A stretch of 64,000 nt of DNA from Schizochytrium sp. TIO01 (taxonomy: Eukaryota; Protista; Bigyra: Labyrinthulomycetes). Location of the stretch: NCBI GenBank assembly GCA_004764695.1, contig SMSO01000037.1:3820747-3884746 (forward strand), read 5' to 3'. Under the pieces are notes generated by a model. That model made no database searches. It was not told the DNA's origin and saw only the letters and a program-made list of their open reading frames with translations. The position numbers and the translations under genes are program-made. This document shows positions 1 to 11,473 of the stretch, piece after piece. Within the stretch, counting starts at the first letter, position 1, and the number at the start of each line of letters is the position of its first letter.

Positions 1-1890
1 CCGAACTCCGCAAAGAAGCTAAAAAAGGGAACCAGAGAACGCACGGGTCAATGATAGCACCTTGGTTCGGAAAAGGAGAGCCCGAGCTTGCACAAATTGC
101 CGAGGTACACAGACAGCTCAAATACGTTGCTCCTGTGCTGACTTCGCAGAGCCGCGTGGCAGTGGTCGAGGTCTCGAGCAGGTTTCAGATGGCAAACTGC
201 AGCAAGTAGTTCTACATCACCTTGTGCCAGAGCGCTTCGGAGGCGGGAACATCCATCTTCGTAGGATCTTCCTAGCTCCGGCTACGCGGGACCTCAGCCC
301 GCTCGAGACCACGACGAGGCCCATCTAACTAAATCAAAGCAAGCTGCAGCACGTTGAAGCAAGCTGCGCCGCCGCCGCCTGGTGGGACTGGGCCCGGCCC
401 GACTCTGGCTATTTTGGATGGCTCGGAGATGAAGAGCTTGGACAACGCAGAGCGATTGAACGAGCGACCTAGCTTTGCTGGCTATTTAATCAGGTTTCAA
501 GGTGATTGATTTCCAAGCTGTTGAATCACATTGCTGCTCTGACACAGACAATGCGGGACAAGGTCGCGCACGTGAATGCCAGACCTCGTGTTCCGAGTCT
601 GCTTAAATTTGCAAGCATGTGGCAAAGTCGCATAAACTCGAGGAAGTGGGCGTGTTCTCCTGCGCTTTAATTTACTATTTCGAGATTAGAAATTCGGGGC
701 GCCACACTCATAACCTTGCCACAAACATACACGCAGACGTGATGATTGCAGGCAAAGATCCCCGAAGAGGGAGTGGGCGACCTCCTGCACGTGGTGTACG
801 AGGGCCTGCAGGACAATCTCCTGTTCTTGTGCAGCGTGCCGCCCCATTTTCCCAAGGCCCATGAGAGTTGTCGTTGGTTGTAGCTAAGAATGCAGAAATT
901 CATTGCAAACGGAACTGCAGCGTCCCACTCCGTCAGGGTAGCTCCCAAGGCTATCGAAGACAGCATCAGGCTGACCAAAGCTCCACCAAGGAGCCCAAGA
1001 ATTATTCGAAATTTGCCCGTTTGAAGAGAATTCAATTTCGCATTCTCTTTCATTCTGAATTTGAAATTCGAAATTCAAAACTCGAAACTCGAAACTCGAA
1101 ACTCAAAAGCCGAAACTTGAGTCAGTGTTGAAACCTCAATTCCAATTCGAAGCTTCTTGAGAACTTAGCTTCTTGAGAACTTGAGAACCCGCTTGCTCAA
1201 CTTGAACGAAGCCAAGCACGCCTTGTCCGGGGCGGTTTGGCAGCGGAAGGCGCAGCTACACCAGGCCCAGCGAAGAGGAAGGCCGACGCCGCGTCCCGTT
1301 TCTGCGACCATCGCACGACGCCGGGTCTACTCGCAGCGCCACCCAATCGCAGCTCTCTCGAGACCGGTCAGCAGCGGCACAAGCAACGTACCCCAGCACT
1401 ACTGTTCCCGTTATGTACACGGCTAGCAATCCCTGGCCTCGAGGTAATATTGTTCATTTAGGTTCGTGCGTTCATTTGTCCATTCAGAAACATTGATATT
1501 ACTCATTTCAAACTCGAACACTGATGTTTGTTTATTTTCTTCGTTCGTTCATTCAAAACATTCGAACCTATTCATTCAGAAACACCAATACATATTTATC
1601 ATTCATTCATTCATTCATTCATTCATTCATTCATTCACTCATTCAGAAACACTCATAGTTCCCACTCATTAGCTTGCATTTGTGTAAATTGCAACATCTC
1701 AGAGGTACTCACCTAGGAGTACTTCTTCAGGTGCATTCGAAATGTGGCAGGCCGGCTACTGACGCTGCAAATGCACTGAAAAATACCTTCACAAGCAGGA
1801 ACCTTTCGCTCTCCCTCGCAGGGACGGCTTCGTCCCAAATGTTTGATGGTGTTCAACTCCGCCAAAGAAGCAACAGCTGCTCATCTCAGG
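1..1890 (+). pseudogene. Possible decayed multi-exon coding sequence, truncated by the window edge
   Basis: GC-rich blocks read as protein-like frames broken by stops (e.g. ~750-880 AKIPEEGVGDLLHVVYEGLQDNLLFLCSVPPHFPK). They alternate with AT-rich, intron-like spacers that have plausible splice sites (ttgcag|GC ~751, GAG|gtaata ~1444, cttcag|GT ~1730). No family recognised. Confidence 0.25.
1599..1645. repeat. (TCAT)n microsatellite
   Basis: Direct reading of the sequence. Confidence 0.95.
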
Positions 1891-2471
1891 CAATCTTTCA
1901 TCTAAGGTACAAACAAATTAATTAGATAACCTAATCTTCGTCCAGAAATATAAAAAATTAAAACAAATACATATAATACATTAAATACATAAATCTTCAA
2001 GGACACCCCAAAAGAGATCACCAACCCAGTTGCGTTCCAGGAGTTCCGATGACCTCTCCTGAGGCCGGCCATGGAGCCGACTCATTCACAGCGGATCCGC
2101 CCTTTGAGGAAGTAAGCGCCTCTCACTGCCTGAAGGGGCTGAGAAGCGACTACAGAGGGGCTATGATGTGCGATAGATAGGAGGTGTGGGGGAACCCGTG
2201 GGTTGGCGCTTGCTTGCATGTTATGGTAGGTGATAGATGGTGGCTAGTCAATTTGAAAGATGGGGATGTAGGGAAGGAATAATATGTAAGGCTTGGTGAT
2301 GGATGGCAAGTAGGCAGGTACGTAAGTTAGGTAGGTAGGTACTATGATAATGCATGACGTGGGAGTATGGTGAGGAGAAGGAAGGAAAAAGTAGAAGAGG
2401 TCTTTTAAGAATGATCTCGCCTCGGGTGGGAAGGGAAGAAGGCGGGTTGTGGAGAGAATTGGTTGATTGAT

Positions 2472-2567
2472 TCAATCAATCAATCAATCAATCAATCATT
2501 CATTCATTCATTCATTCATTCATTCATTCATTCATTCATTCATTCATTCATTCATTCATTCATTCAT
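2472..2567. repeat. Compound microsatellite (TCAA)6-(TCAT)18
   Basis: Direct reading; the motif switches in phase at 2496. Confidence 0.95.
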
Positions 2568-3436
2568 TGGTTCATTGTCATGCATTGATTGATGAGGGAA
2601 TTCATTGATTCATTGTGGAAGCATCTGGACAAAGCAGAAGGCACCGCCGGTTTCTGACGGAACGGATAGGCACACGAACTTGAAGGGAACAGCTTCTTTC
2701 CTTCCCCCTGATTTGTTGTTCATTGCCTGCTTGGAGAGCTCTGCCTTTCAAGACCTCTGAAGAAACACGCTTTAAAAAATAAAATAAAAAATAGAACACT
2801 AAGATAGGGAGTGAAGTTGAGGGTGGTAGGGGAATTTAGCTGAATTGAAAGGACGAGATTGGTGAGGCTCGGAAATTGGAACAGTGCATATGGCGAAGAA
2901 TGGCTTAGTCTCTGAACAGAACGGCCAGCTCCAAGTTCATTTATACACTGACAAATTTTATGTTAAATCTGTTCTTTAACATTATAGTTATCCTCGAGCT
3001 TGAATAACTTTAAAAAAGAAAATCATGGCATTAATATTTTACGTTTCATTACTTGTTTTTATTTTAAATATATAACTCGTAAAAGAACACAATATATTTT
3101 TTGGCAAATTCGAGTAAAAAAATGTACTTTAAATATATATTTATTAAAAAAAATAAACATAGCGTTTCTTTTTAATTTTGAAAAATTAAAAAAATAGCTA
3201 TTCAGGATGTTTATATTTAAGAATAATAAAAGAACACTTAAAAAAACAAAAAAAAAATTGGTGTTCTTCTTTTCTTTTCTTTGCTTTTTACAAAGTAACA
3301 CTAAAACTACACGTTGAGAAGCAAAAAGAGAACCATTCATTCAACTGGTTTTTGGAACTTCAGACAAAGCAATCAATCAATCTGATGAATAAACCAATCG
3401 ATCTATCAATCGACTGACTGACTGACTGACCGACCG

Positions 3437-3952
<516 letters not shown>

Positions 3953-4260
3953 GCTTATCTTCTGATTAACTGACTAACTACTCGCAAATATAAAGCCCAA
4001 AAAGAAACGAAACATATCTATGCTGTGGCAGTCAGGCTACCCTCACTCTTTGCTCAAATGCTGCGCCTGACAAGAGCTCAAACCTAGGACAGACGAATCT
4101 AAGTAAAGATGGAGACTTGCAGTGATGGAAATAGAAGAACGGATGAATACTGCCTCTGGAGAGGGTCGTTTGTTCTACTACAAAGGAGAACTATACCTGA
4201 ACTCTTACAAGAAGACGTCGTAAGCACTACTAGTTTGATAGAGCTTGTAAACTTAGTGAT

Positions 4261-4350
4261 AGTGTTTGGATCATCATAGAAACCAGGTACTGCCACCACA
4301 AGAAATAAGTGTTTGGATCATCGTAGAAATCAGGTACTGTCACCACAAAA
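4261..4350. repeat. Imperfect tandem duplication, ~47-bp unit x2
   Basis: agtgtttggatcatc(a/g)tagaaa(c/t)caggtactg(c/t)caccacaa at 4261 and 4308. Confidence 0.9.
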
Positions 4351-7108
4351 ACCAAAGGCAGCCAGGGCAGATTCCTGGTTGTAGTTTGAGTTTGAGCCGG
4401 GCCCGCCACCATGCCTGACGTCCGTCCCGAGCAGCCGCCTTTTGATGCCTGGCTTTTGCAAAACAATGTTCAGTATCTCTGCGACTCATCTCGTGCGATC
4501 GAGCTTGGATATGATGTATCTTTTTTCCCTGATTGATGGATTAAGCCCTTTGGGAAGCATAAGTAAGAAACAAAAAAAAAAACAATTCTGCCACCAAAGT
4601 CCAAGCTCTTGGATTAAATCATGAAAGCCGGAAAGAGTGTTATGCATCAGTTTTATGCGAACATCCAAAGTCTATCCTGAATTTCAACCATAAACCTAGC
4701 TACTTGAATGCCTAGTTTGAGCAACAGTCGCGCCAGATATTGTTGCGCCTTGTGAAGCTATCCGTATCCATACACTATGCTACAATAAGATCAGATGCAG
4801 ATAAATTGTAAGTGAAAACGTGCGGGCACCCTTCAAGTTAGTTAGTTTCAAGATAACGTGATGGCTCACTCGCTCGCGGAAAGATTGCAGGCAGCATGAT
4901 AGCCAGCGTCACTATTGTGGCCTGAACAGCACGTTCTCAGCCAACGAAGACCGGTACCTACACCCTAACTTCATAGTCTAGGGGGGCGGCTATGGCCGCA
5001 GGTATTATAGAGCATGCAGGCAGCCAGCTCCCAAGATCCCGATTCGTGAACTTTTATATCAAAGGACGCTTTCACAAGAAAAATATAACTGATACTGCGT
5101 ACTACTACCGCGCGTGCCTTTATATTAATACTAGGAAGAGTTTAGTGTGGCACGTATTACTGTTTATAATAAATGGTCACTAAGATACGCAATAGCATGT
5201 TAAGTAGCAACAAATATATGAGTGCACGTGCCAATCACATCCCCTTTGCAGAATCTTGCAATGCTTGGTTACTTGCTTGGTCTTGCTAAGGCCGCGATCT
5301 ATTCGAAGAACGCTGAGAGCGATAGGCGACTACGTATCAGAGGAAGGGATGATGGGCTAGAGAAGATCAAGAGTCGTGGGACCGGACTTTTATAGAAATC
5401 ATGCGATTGCAGTACTTTGATATGGATCGAACGGCCTGGCGAAACAGTCGTAGGAAGTACTAGGAACCACCCGCTGGTAGCGCGTGTCGTTGTTAAGGAT
5501 TATAGCAGGCCACTTATGATAAAGTTTAGTGGTATTAGGTAGAGTATCCTAGGGTTGCCGAAAAGGATGTCACTAGACCTGATTGAGCTTTTTATTTACG
5601 CCTGCCTATGAGGTCGCATGATAGTTTGTGATTGAGTGCTACTGCTATATTAATTTTCAATTTGGGAAGACGGGATTGATCGGCGTCTTTGCTGAGAACA
5701 CAGAAGTGACCGAAATAATTTTGATTTATTTGAGAATATCACAAATGTTTTCAACTATACTTGCTACCTCTTTGAAGTTCATCCTCTTTCCATGGACCAC
5801 AACCTTTTTAAATCGATAAAAACTAAGAACGTCAAATGTTATATTCAAGTGTTCCAAAATTTGAAATGGAGTTTTCTTCTTTTTCCCATCAAAAACGGTC
5901 TCACTTCAGAAAGCTAAAATATTGTAAAGCAAAAAGGACTGTGAAAAGAACGTAATACTCTTATTAGTATGCAGATGAGAGAGAGGGGGGGAGGGAACTG
6001 TTCGTATAGTTTGGCTTCCACGCGTTGCAGCTCAGTCACAGCGACTATTTAAACCCGACTACCCCTATATACTATTATTACAATGTTTGCACGTGCAGGT
6101 TTTAATGTGCTCCCCTTCACCCCTTTTATTTTCTTTTCCAACCAAATAGAAGAGAGGAAGAAAAAAAACAAAGCCCTTCTCTTGAGTGTTCTTTTTATAG
6201 GAAATTTAATTCTGCCTTTTTAATTAAAAACTCGAGAAAAATGATAAAAAGCTGAACAGCAAATCAGGCTATAGGAGCTCGTAAAGCTTTTATGAACGAA
6301 GCAAATATTCTGATATACATACCTGAAGCGAACAGCTTGTTCATTGTTGATTTGATCTGTAATTCCACAACAAGTGTAAGAAGCATCTCTTCATTGTGAA
6401 TCCTTGTTTGACAAACATTGGATGGTCCACTATGCACAGCCTGGCATTTATGCACCAGCCAAAGAAAAACATGATCTTGTGAAACAATGACATTGTATCA
6501 GCTTATGTGGAGCAGAAAGGTGCCTAGGCTCTACTGGATCTTTTAGCTTAGAGGAACTACTCTCGGTTCTGCTCCTGTCAACCCTTTGACTTCTGTATAG
6601 ACTCAAGTCAAAATATATCACAGAAATTGATGTAGAACTAAAAATTGCTATGCAGACAACAGACAGAAAAGGGCAAGGAAATGCTACTGCTATCATTACT
6701 GTTTTCACCCGGGGAATAATTCTAATTTATTTGCATTCATACATTTACATGTCGCAGTAGCGGAAGTCCTCCGTTACTTGCCCCGTTCTTTGAATATGTT
6801 TCACGAGCAATAATGTAATTGTTGAGCGCATTGATTGGAAAACCTATACCAAGTCTACGCGTCCTCAGCGCCAACAGGTGTATAGTCAAGACACCTTCCT
6901 GATTTTTTGTCGAATTTGAAGTTCAATATTCAAAAGATATAGTAGATACATGTATTTTCGTTGGTCACTTCGTCGGAAGAGTAATCCTTATAAATCATTT
7001 AATGGTACTAGGCGGAATCAAACCGCATCTCGTGTTTCAATCAGGCAGAGGTTATCTCAGAACTGAATTTTGATGATTAGATTATAACTTTTTCTCCTGA
7101 CCAGAACT

Positions 7109-9340
7109 TTAAAGACAAAATGTCTGCCATTCTGCTGAGCTTACAAATGTTGAGCTTGCGCGTAGCTCTTCATCATCATCCTCTTGTTCATCTCTATACA
7201 TGCGTGCACCAGCAGTCGCTGAAATGAACCTCTCAGAACCTGAGAAAGAGCTTTCGTCATGAGAATAGCGACCCGAGGTATGTGTTTGTGCATGTTCATG
7301 GGGTTCATCAAAATCCTCCTCGTAACCCTGGAATTCATCCTCTGTGTTGGCAAGACCATTGAAAGTATTTAATTTAGCGGCATCATGAGATTCAAAACGC
7401 TCTTCGGCTTCTTGTTGCTCTGCTGCTAAATGTTGCTCTTCTGCAATTCGCAAAACAGAGTCACGATCTGCAGAACATACAGCAAAATTGACCATGCTTC
7501 CACCCTTTGCAAGCATAGTGGTTACATCATCATAAGAAGGAACATCGAAGGTAGACATGAGCGCATCCAATGAATCTTCGTCCATCGAAGCTAACTGTTT
7601 TTGAGCTTGCCGAACGCTGAATGCGCCTATAGCAATCACTAAATCACCGGTTTTAAGGACATTTCGTTTGTCTGGAACATGAGACTTGCCTATGCGCTTA
7701 ATAAGGCAAAACGTATCAAGCACGGGCTCAACTTCAATACAAAACTTGCCTGCCGAGTTTCTTCGCAACGAGCACTCGCGGATCCACTTTGTTGGGGCTG
7801 CAAGACTTGATTTTCTTCGATCTTTGCGCTCTCGAGCAGGGCGCCGACCTTCAGTCTCATGAATTGCAACCTGTGTTGCTATCTTTACATTCTCATTTGA
7901 TTTTTGTGCAAGCTTTTGCGACCTTATCGTGGCTGCGCCAGTTTTTCCTATTTTCTTGATTTTGGCATTTCTATTCTTATCTTTATTCTGGTCTCCTGTT
8001 TTAGATTCATCAGTATCATTTGACGATCGCAGCACTGAACGGTTTGAACTACGCTCCGTTTGGCGTTGCATTTCTTGCATAAGCTCGGATTGCTCCCTCA
8101 ATAGTTGTTTTTGTTGCTCGACTTGCTCGCGTAATACTGCAAGCTCCTCGTTAAAGTTGCTACCACTGCTATTCATGCTAGTGTTATTATTCCTTGCATC
8201 CTTGTAGCTTTCATCATCGGTTTTGGGACCCTCAGACACAGCTGGTCTCCTTCCTGTTCGAGAACTCATTTGCCCAGATTCGGACCTTGTAGTAAGTGGG
8301 GGAAGATCAGGCACTATGTGCTGTTTTTGCTGTGCTTGTCGCTGAAACATAGCTTCTTCTTCTGCCTCCTTTGCAGCAGCTAGCTCTTTTGCCCGACGTT
8401 TCTCCTCCATTTGCTCCTCGAGGAATCGGCGCGTCTTCTCCTGCTCTCGCCGCTTTGCCACGAGCGCCTCTTGCTTCCATGTAAACATTTTGCCAGATGG
8501 ATCAACTTCTTCACACCCGAGATCAGGCTGGTCATCCTGAGAAACTTGAAGATGAGGCCGGTCTCTTCTTCCTTGGTAAGCAGCTTCAGTGTGATGCACA
8601 GTTTGTGGTGACTTATGACTTGGAGTCTTGGCGGATTCATGTTGACGGTTTCCTTCCTTTGGATTCTCTTGGCGTGCGTTTCGCTTCTCCCGCATTTGCT
8701 CTTCAAGATTGGCCCGCAATTCACGTTGTTGGCGTTTTTTCTCTAAAATTGCATCCTGTTTCCATGGAAACTTTCTTGAAAAAGCCTCAACCATCTCATT
8801 ATTATCAGAATTCAGAGAAATATGCCCCGATTGTGGTCCTGAGCCCCATGGTTGCGCCGTTTGAAATAGATCTGTTGAAGATGAGAGTTGCGCCGCGGAT
8901 CCTGCCATCGACGCAGAGTCCGGTTCTTGATTATTATTTTTCTGGTGATACAGATTTTGATGCCCAGAATCACAACCCCTTCCACGAGTTGTTGTTGTAT
9001 AATCTGTTCGTCCTCTGGAAGAACGTACTCCTGTGGGGCCATCCTCATAATTCTCTCGATTATTTATGCGTTCTACATTTTGAGCACCATGCTCGCTATC
9101 ACGCTCCTGCTTAGCCCGAATCTGTTCCTCGAGAAGATCTCTCATTTCCTGTTGTCGCTTCTGCTTTTGAAGAATTTCCTGCCGCTTCCAGTCATCAAGT
9201 CTCTCAAATTGGAACCGCACATGCTGTCTGCCAGAATCTAATCCTTGGGCGTACGTATAGTCTTCTTCAGCCCTAGGAACCGGACCGTTGCCTCTTCTTC
9301 GTGAACCCCGGGCACTATCTGGATGCAAGATTGCGTCCAT
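7109..9340 (-). CDS. 743-aa coiled-coil protein with three CCDC66/CSPP1-like repeats and a C-terminal PDZ-like domain
   Basis: Long ATG-initiated ORF. Repeats: WKRQEILQKQKRQQEMRDLLEEQIRAK, WKQDAILEKKRQQRELRANLEEQMREK, WKQEALVAKRREQEKTRRFLEEQMEEK. PDZ-like pattern LRRNSAGKFCIEV...LKTGDLVIAIG...SYDDVTTMLAKGGSMVNFAV. Confidence 0.9.
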   Translation of the reverse strand: MDAILHPDSARGSRRRGNGPVPRAEEDYTYAQGLDSGRQHVRFQFERLDDWKRQEILQKQKRQQEMRDLLEEQIRAKQERDSEHGAQNVERINNRENYEDGPTGVRSSRGRTDYTTTTRGRGCDSGHQNLYHQKNNNQEPDSASMAGSAAQLSSSTDLFQTAQPWGSGPQSGHISLNSDNNEMVEAFSRKFPWKQDAILEKKRQQRELRANLEEQMREKRNARQENPKEGNRQHESAKTPSHKSPQTVHHTEAAYQGRRDRPHLQVSQDDQPDLGCEEVDPSGKMFTWKQEALVAKRREQEKTRRFLEEQMEEKRRAKELAAAKEAEEEAMFQRQAQQKQHIVPDLPPLTTRSESGQMSSRTGRRPAVSEGPKTDDESYKDARNNNTSMNSSGSNFNEELAVLREQVEQQKQLLREQSELMQEMQRQTERSSNRSVLRSSNDTDESKTGDQNKDKNRNAKIKKIGKTGAATIRSQKLAQKSNENVKIATQVAIHETEGRRPARERKDRRKSSLAAPTKWIRECSLRRNSAGKFCIEVEPVLDTFCLIKRIGKSHVPDKRNVLKTGDLVIAIGAFSVRQAQKQLASMDEDSLDALMSTFDVPSYDDVTTMLAKGGSMVNFAVCSADRDSVLRIAEEQHLAAEQQEAEERFESHDAAKLNTFNGLANTEDEFQGYEEDFDEPHEHAQTHTSGRYSHDESSFSGSERFISATAGARMYRDEQEDDDEELRASSTFVSSAEWQTFCL

Positions 9341-9856
9341 GCTGCTCCTGTTGCATGGAGTATCGAAACGCCGATACTTGCAACTTTGTTTTAAAATTTG
9401 CGCTAGAATCCCCGCGAAAGCGTGAACTCTAACCCTGCTCGGCTTTTAACAAAAGCAATCTCAACGTCTGTTTTGGGCGCTGCTCCGGCGGGCTGTACTC
9501 GTCGTCCTCCAAAACGGTCAAAGTAAACTCGCTTTGTCGGGTGCTATAACTCCCTTGTATAGCTATAGCCTTCAATAGAATGGCTAATCCTTACTACGTG
9601 TAAACTATTTCGTACGGTAATTCCATGAGTAACCCTGGTATGTCTAAGTAATAATATGGAGACTCTTTGGTGTTTCGTTTGTTGCCAATTTTTTTTATTC
9701 TTTAACATTCTTGCAAAATAGCGCAGTTTCATCAAAGAATGCAAAAGCAAATCAATTCTAGTCTTGTAAACCAGCGGTGATTGCCGTGTTCTGGGCCTAG
9801 GGCAGTTAGTAGCGGCCTCAGAGTTGAGGCTCAACTAATCGTATCCTTGTGTAGCC
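9341..9856. promoter_or_regulatory. Probable bidirectional promoter region (516 bp between divergent start codons)
   Basis: Head-to-head ATGs at 9340 (-) and 9857 (+) with an AT-rich core. Inferred from gene geometry only. Confidence 0.55.
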
Positions 9857-11473
9857 ATGGCTACCCAGGTTTGGGCAGAAGGCTGTGTGGTAGATCGTGG
9901 CAAGCAAGCCAAGAAGATTTGGTGGTTCGTAGTGGACTCCACCTCAACTGTGGCAAACGCGAGCTCAAATGAGGGCCAGGATAGCGATCGTGATGATTTC
10001 GAAGAGCAAAGTAATCACATTGCCCTAGAAAAGGTCAAAGAAGGTGCGTCAAAGGTTGAAGCGCCTCAGATTACAGCAGTTACTCAAAATGAACTCGTAC
10101 GCGATTTATGTGTGAAAGGTTCGCGAGTACTCGTACGAGGTACTTTGGACCCGAGCGCCACAGCAAGACCTCGCATCAATGTGGAGCATTTGGAGCTTCT
10201 AAGGTGTAGCTTTGATGCAGGTCTAACTGCCGTGCGACGTGTACTCGATGCCTGTAAACCAGGTGAACTTTCGGCAGCCCAGGTCGCCCGTGCCTTAGAG
10301 TGCGATGAAGACCGTGTAAATGAGATGCTGGAACTGCAGCGCGTCGCCAACGACCAAGAAGCTGATAAAGATTCACGTCAGCGTGCCACGTATGATCTTC
10401 GTAAAGAAATTGTACGTGCAAACCGCCGGCTTCGAGGCATTCCTGAAGATCGCTCTCGTCAGCGCAAAGCCAAGGCGCGCTTCCAAGATGTTACTTTGCT
10501 AGATAGAGTCACCAAGGAACTCACAACAAAGGGTGTCTTACAAGAATTGCATGAGCTTGATGTCTCGGCACAACCCTCCGTTCTTACGGCGGAAGATCTG
10601 GAGCAAATGCCACGGGAATCTCGCGCTGTGCGTCGTGCCAAGGCCAAGGAAGGCGACCAGTTTGACGATGACACTCGAGAACTTGTGCGTGCTCTTAAAC
10701 AACGCAAGCGCAATGCCGACGACTTGCCTGTAGACCCCCTGGGCGGTCTTTCTCACGACACAGAGGGAGACGGTTCCTACGTCAAATATTGCCTTGATAA
10801 AAAGGCTCCTCAGGTTCGCTGGATGATTGATCGTCTCCGAGAAATGCTCGAGCGCGACGCATCGAAGGGAGCAGAAAGCCAAGACAAAGAACAAATTGCT
10901 ATTATTGATATGGGATGTGGTAAAGGTGACCTCACCTTGAACGTCGCAGCGTGCCTTCCAAATGTTTCTGTTGTTGGTATTGACCCCAACGAATTATCTC
11001 TACGTGTTGCTCGGATGCGCGCAGTCGAACATGAAATTCCAAATGTTAAATTTTTTGCTCAGAGCGCTGAGGATCTTTTGGCACGCAAGGATATGTCTGA
11101 AGAACTTACAAACCTCAGTAAGTCTTCCAAGGTGATTTTCATCGGCCTTCATGCATGTGGCGGTTTGTCAGATTTACTCGTAGCTCTAGCAACAAAATGG
11201 GATGCAGAAATGCTTTGTGCCACTTGTTGTTTCCACCGCTATCCAGAGCTAACGGAGCTTGCCGGCATGCCGCAGGGATGGGGATTAGAAGATGCTGCTG
11301 CTCTTGTTCGCCTGACAGATTTGACTGTCCATGAACATGCATCCAAGGCGATGCAGATCGTTAACTCGGCACGCATTTCGCCTCAGGTTCGTGCGATGAG
11401 AGACTTCCACCTGCTTTCGTTCTCATCAACCTATTCACCTAAGAACCAGGTTATCCAGCTTTTACGCTCTTGA
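9857..11473 (+). CDS. 538-aa class I SAM-dependent methyltransferase (Methyltransf_32 / GSTCD-METTL25-like) with an OB-fold-like N-terminus
   Basis: Motif I IIDMGCGKGDL; post-I VVGID; family motifs GLHACGGLSD and TCCFH; C-terminal SPKNQVI. Confidence 0.92.
   Translation: MATQVWAEGCVVDRGKQAKKIWWFVVDSTSTVANASSNEGQDSDRDDFEEQSNHIALEKVKEGASKVEAPQITAVTQNELVRDLCVKGSRVLVRGTLDPSATARPRINVEHLELLRCSFDAGLTAVRRVLDACKPGELSAAQVARALECDEDRVNEMLELQRVANDQEADKDSRQRATYDLRKEIVRANRRLRGIPEDRSRQRKAKARFQDVTLLDRVTKELTTKGVLQELHELDVSAQPSVLTAEDLEQMPRESRAVRRAKAKEGDQFDDDTRELVRALKQRKRNADDLPVDPLGGLSHDTEGDGSYVKYCLDKKAPQVRWMIDRLREMLERDASKGAESQDKEQIAIIDMGCGKGDLTLNVAACLPNVSVVGIDPNELSLRVARMRAVEHEIPNVKFFAQSAEDLLARKDMSEELTNLSKSSKVIFIGLHACGGLSDLLVALATKWDAEMLCATCCFHRYPELTELAGMPQGWGLEDAAALVRLTDLTVHEHASKAMQIVNSARISPQVRAMRDFHLLSFSSTYSPKNQVIQLLRS

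Noticed and set aside
667-1053. Minus-strand ORF with SGIFACNHHVCVY, loosely like a KDZ/CxC transposase motif
   Set aside because: No downstream catalytic motifs, and codon bias favours the opposite strand.
4261-4350. CRISPR-like repeats (also 18725-19032 and 60625-60683)
   Set aside because: Only two adjacent copies with no unique spacers, no cas genes, and a eukaryotic context.
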